64,000 nt of DNA. It comes from an uncultured Chloroflexia bacterium. GTDB taxonomy: Bacteria; Chloroflexota; Chloroflexia; Thermomicrobiales; UBA6265. How positions within the stretch are numbered: position 1 is the first letter of the stretch; each line of letters begins with the position of its first letter. The notes beneath the pieces were generated by a model that made no database searches, had not been told where the DNA came from, and saw nothing but the letters and a program-made list of their open reading frames with translations. Of this stretch, positions 60,546-64,000 are shown piece after piece. The stretch is taken from the NCBI GenBank assembly GCA_963724295.1, contig CAVRUC010000013.1, positions 160,001-224,000 of the forward strand. Direction: 5' to 3'. A program made the translations under genes and the position numbers.

Positions 60546-61295
60546 ATGAGCGCGATGTCGCCTGAGCGGCGGGTGACCTTTCTCTTCGATGTCGATAACA
60601 CCCTGATCGACAACGACCGGGCCAAGAAAGATCTCTCGACACGCATCGCCGAGCTCCTCGGCGTAGCGGGGGAGCGACGCTTCTGGCAACTGTACGAGGA
60701 GGTCCGGCACGATCTGGGACTCGTCAATATCCCGCTCCTGCTGGCGCGCTACAGCGATGAGCTCGACGCGGATTCAACACTCACTGACGCTGAACGGCGT
60801 CGCCTGCGCTTTGCCCTCGCCGATCTGGTGATGGGATTCCCCTATGGCGAGTATCTCTATCCGGGCGCGATGGACGCGGTGCGGAAGGCGCGGAAACTGG
60901 GGCAGGTTGCCGTTCTCTCCGAAGGCGATGCCACATTCCAGCCGCATAAGATCTGGCGTACGGGTCTCGATCCCGAAGTCGACGGCAACGTGCTCGTCTT
61001 CGACCGCAAGCTCGATCACCTGGATGAGATGACTGCCGCATTTCCTGCCGACCACTATGTGCTCGTCGAAGACAAACCGGAGATCCTGACGGTGGTCAAA
61101 CGCGCTCTGGGCCCGCGTGTGACGACGGTACTGGTGCGGCAGGGCAAGTACGGGCAGGCGCCACTGCCCGAGGACGCACCGCCCGATCTGGTCTTTGACA
61201 GCATCGGGGCACTGGCCGCCAGCGACTTTTCGCTCCTCGATCGTGAGCTCCAAGTTGGATCATCGCAACAGTCGGTGACAGCCTCCAGGACTTGA
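60546..61295 (+). CDS. HAD-family hydrolase
   Basis: FLFDVDNTLIDND, LSEGD..FQP.KI, VEDK, RQGKY. Confidence 0.85.
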   Translation: MSAMSPERRVTFLFDVDNTLIDNDRAKKDLSTRIAELLGVAGERRFWQLYEEVRHDLGLVNIPLLLARYSDELDADSTLTDAERRRLRFALADLVMGFPYGEYLYPGAMDAVRKARKLGQVAVLSEGDATFQPHKIWRTGLDPEVDGNVLVFDRKLDHLDEMTAAFPADHYVLVEDKPEILTVVKRALGPRVTTVLVRQGKYGQAPLPEDAPPDLVFDSIGALAASDFSLLDRELQVGSSQQSVTASRT

Positions 61296-61570
61296 CATAG
61301 TTCCGCTATCCGCATACAATTATCCTCTTGCTTGCGCGGACCCATCGCCGTCAAGCGAGCCGGGCGCGACAAGCGCCCCAAGGCGGACTACTTGACATAG
61401 TAGCGCTGTCGTAGTAAACTGATGGGGTTCCCAAAGTTGCTGGATGCGACGCGGAGCGTCTCCCGAGAAGATCGGGGGCGCGGCTCTAGCGCCTCCCTTC
61501 CGACGGGAATAGCAGAACGCAATGACCCTGAGCCCGGGCCTTGACAGGGTGGCGGGAAGCGGGGTAACCT
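61292..61570 (+). promoter_or_regulatory. Tandem sigma70 promoters upstream of the rrn operon
   Basis: TTGACA-N17-TACAAT (61292), TTGACA-N17-TAAACT (61392), TTGACA-N18-TAACCT (61541). Confidence 0.75.
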
Positions 61571-62017
61571 TTGCGGGCTCCGGTGAGGAGCGACCCCCGA
61601 TCGTGGAACGGGCGGCCGGATGGAACGGGTGAAGCGGCAGTGCCGCAGCAGCCGTACCGAGGTTGTCTCGCCGCGCGGGGTAGCACGTTGACAAGCTGGC
61701 GCAGCGGACGGCAGGGGCGGAACGTCTCTCCTAAAAAGAGAGGCGACGACGGACCAGGGTGTCGTGTGCCGAAGACGGAGCGAGCGGAGGGTACTGGCGC
61801 GGGGCTTTCGGGTCTGGCGGCAGGACTGCTTCGGCTCGCCCAACAGCAACAAGTCAGCCAGTCAAGCGCGTGGCCATCACACGCAAGCGCCGGGCTCGGC
61901 GGGTCTTCGGGCCGGTCGGACTTAGGTGCGATTCTACGGAATCACATGGACTCGGCAACGAGTCCCGACGCTTCGGCGTCATCGACGCGCAAGCGTCACC
62001 GATGCTTCGGCATCACA

Positions 62018-63545
<1,528 letters not shown>

Positions 63546-63863
63546 AGGGAGTAGCAGTGGACCGCGTGGTCGGTGAGACCGCGGGAGGTCGCTGCGGACC
63601 CGTGTCAAGCTGCCGAGTGGTGATCCGGCATCGGTGGGCACCGAGCCCCGAGGTCTTCCCGTCGCGAGACGGTGGCAGGACCTGGCAGGGGCGCCACGGA
63701 TGGCGGGGAGGTCGGCGGCGCCAGGTGCGGGCTGGCTGGTGAATGCTGTTGGGCGGAGACGAGACTCCGCGCGCTCCGTCTTGGGCATGGGGCGACTGGT
63801 TCGGCGGGGAAGACCCGGGTCCTGTCCGCCGCTGGGGACGACGGGGCGCGTCCTCGGGGTCGC

Positions 63864-63937
63864 GGGCGCGTAGCTCAGGTGGTTAGAGCGCGGCCCTGAT
63901 AAGGCCGAGGTCCCTGGTTCGAGTCCAGGCGCGCCCA
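63864..63937 (+). tRNA. tRNA-Ile(GAU) in the 16S-23S spacer
   Basis: GGGCGCG/CGCGCCC acceptor stem, CTGATAA anticodon loop, GGTTCGAGTCC T arm; CCA not encoded. Confidence 0.97.
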
Positions 63938-64000
63938 CCCGGTTCGGTCTGCTGGCCTGTCTGCTGGCCTGGAGCGGGAACGCGGAGCGCCGGGACGCTG

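Overview
High-GC bacterial chromosomal window, most likely from a Chloroflexota/Thermomicrobiales-like organism (judged from the 16S rRNA and protein style, not from a database search). Left to right it holds: cell-surface and glycan genes; a compact RiPP-like cassette (Gly/Asn/Pro-repeat precursor with a YxxPxL leader motif, HPr-kinase-like protein, PqqD/RRE protein, nucleotidyltransferase) followed by frameshifted manC/manA and intact manB; a large serine recombinase; rpsP-khpA-rimM; a cobalamin riboswitch controlling an alpha-barrel protein, a membrane-anchored DUF4430/SCO2322-like protein and ECF T and ATPase genes with no S component; higBA; sugar-acid and polyol catabolism genes; an APH(6)-like kinase; a PMT-type mannosyltransferase; a two-component system facing a tiny WDDD-repeat secreted protein; a STAND/TPR regulator; a Cys-rich repeat protein; a sugar ABC transporter; and the start of an rRNA operon (16S, tRNA-Ile). 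Many genes carry 1-2 nt indels in GC-rich runs, probably long-read assembly errors, so pseudogene calls are provisional. The two best candidates for undescribed systems are the RRE/kinase/nucleotidyltransferase cassette with its very long repeat substrate (11.9-15.0 kb) and the split transcobalamin-like B12 capture module (30.6-35.3 kb). All family assignments come from motif recognition by eye.
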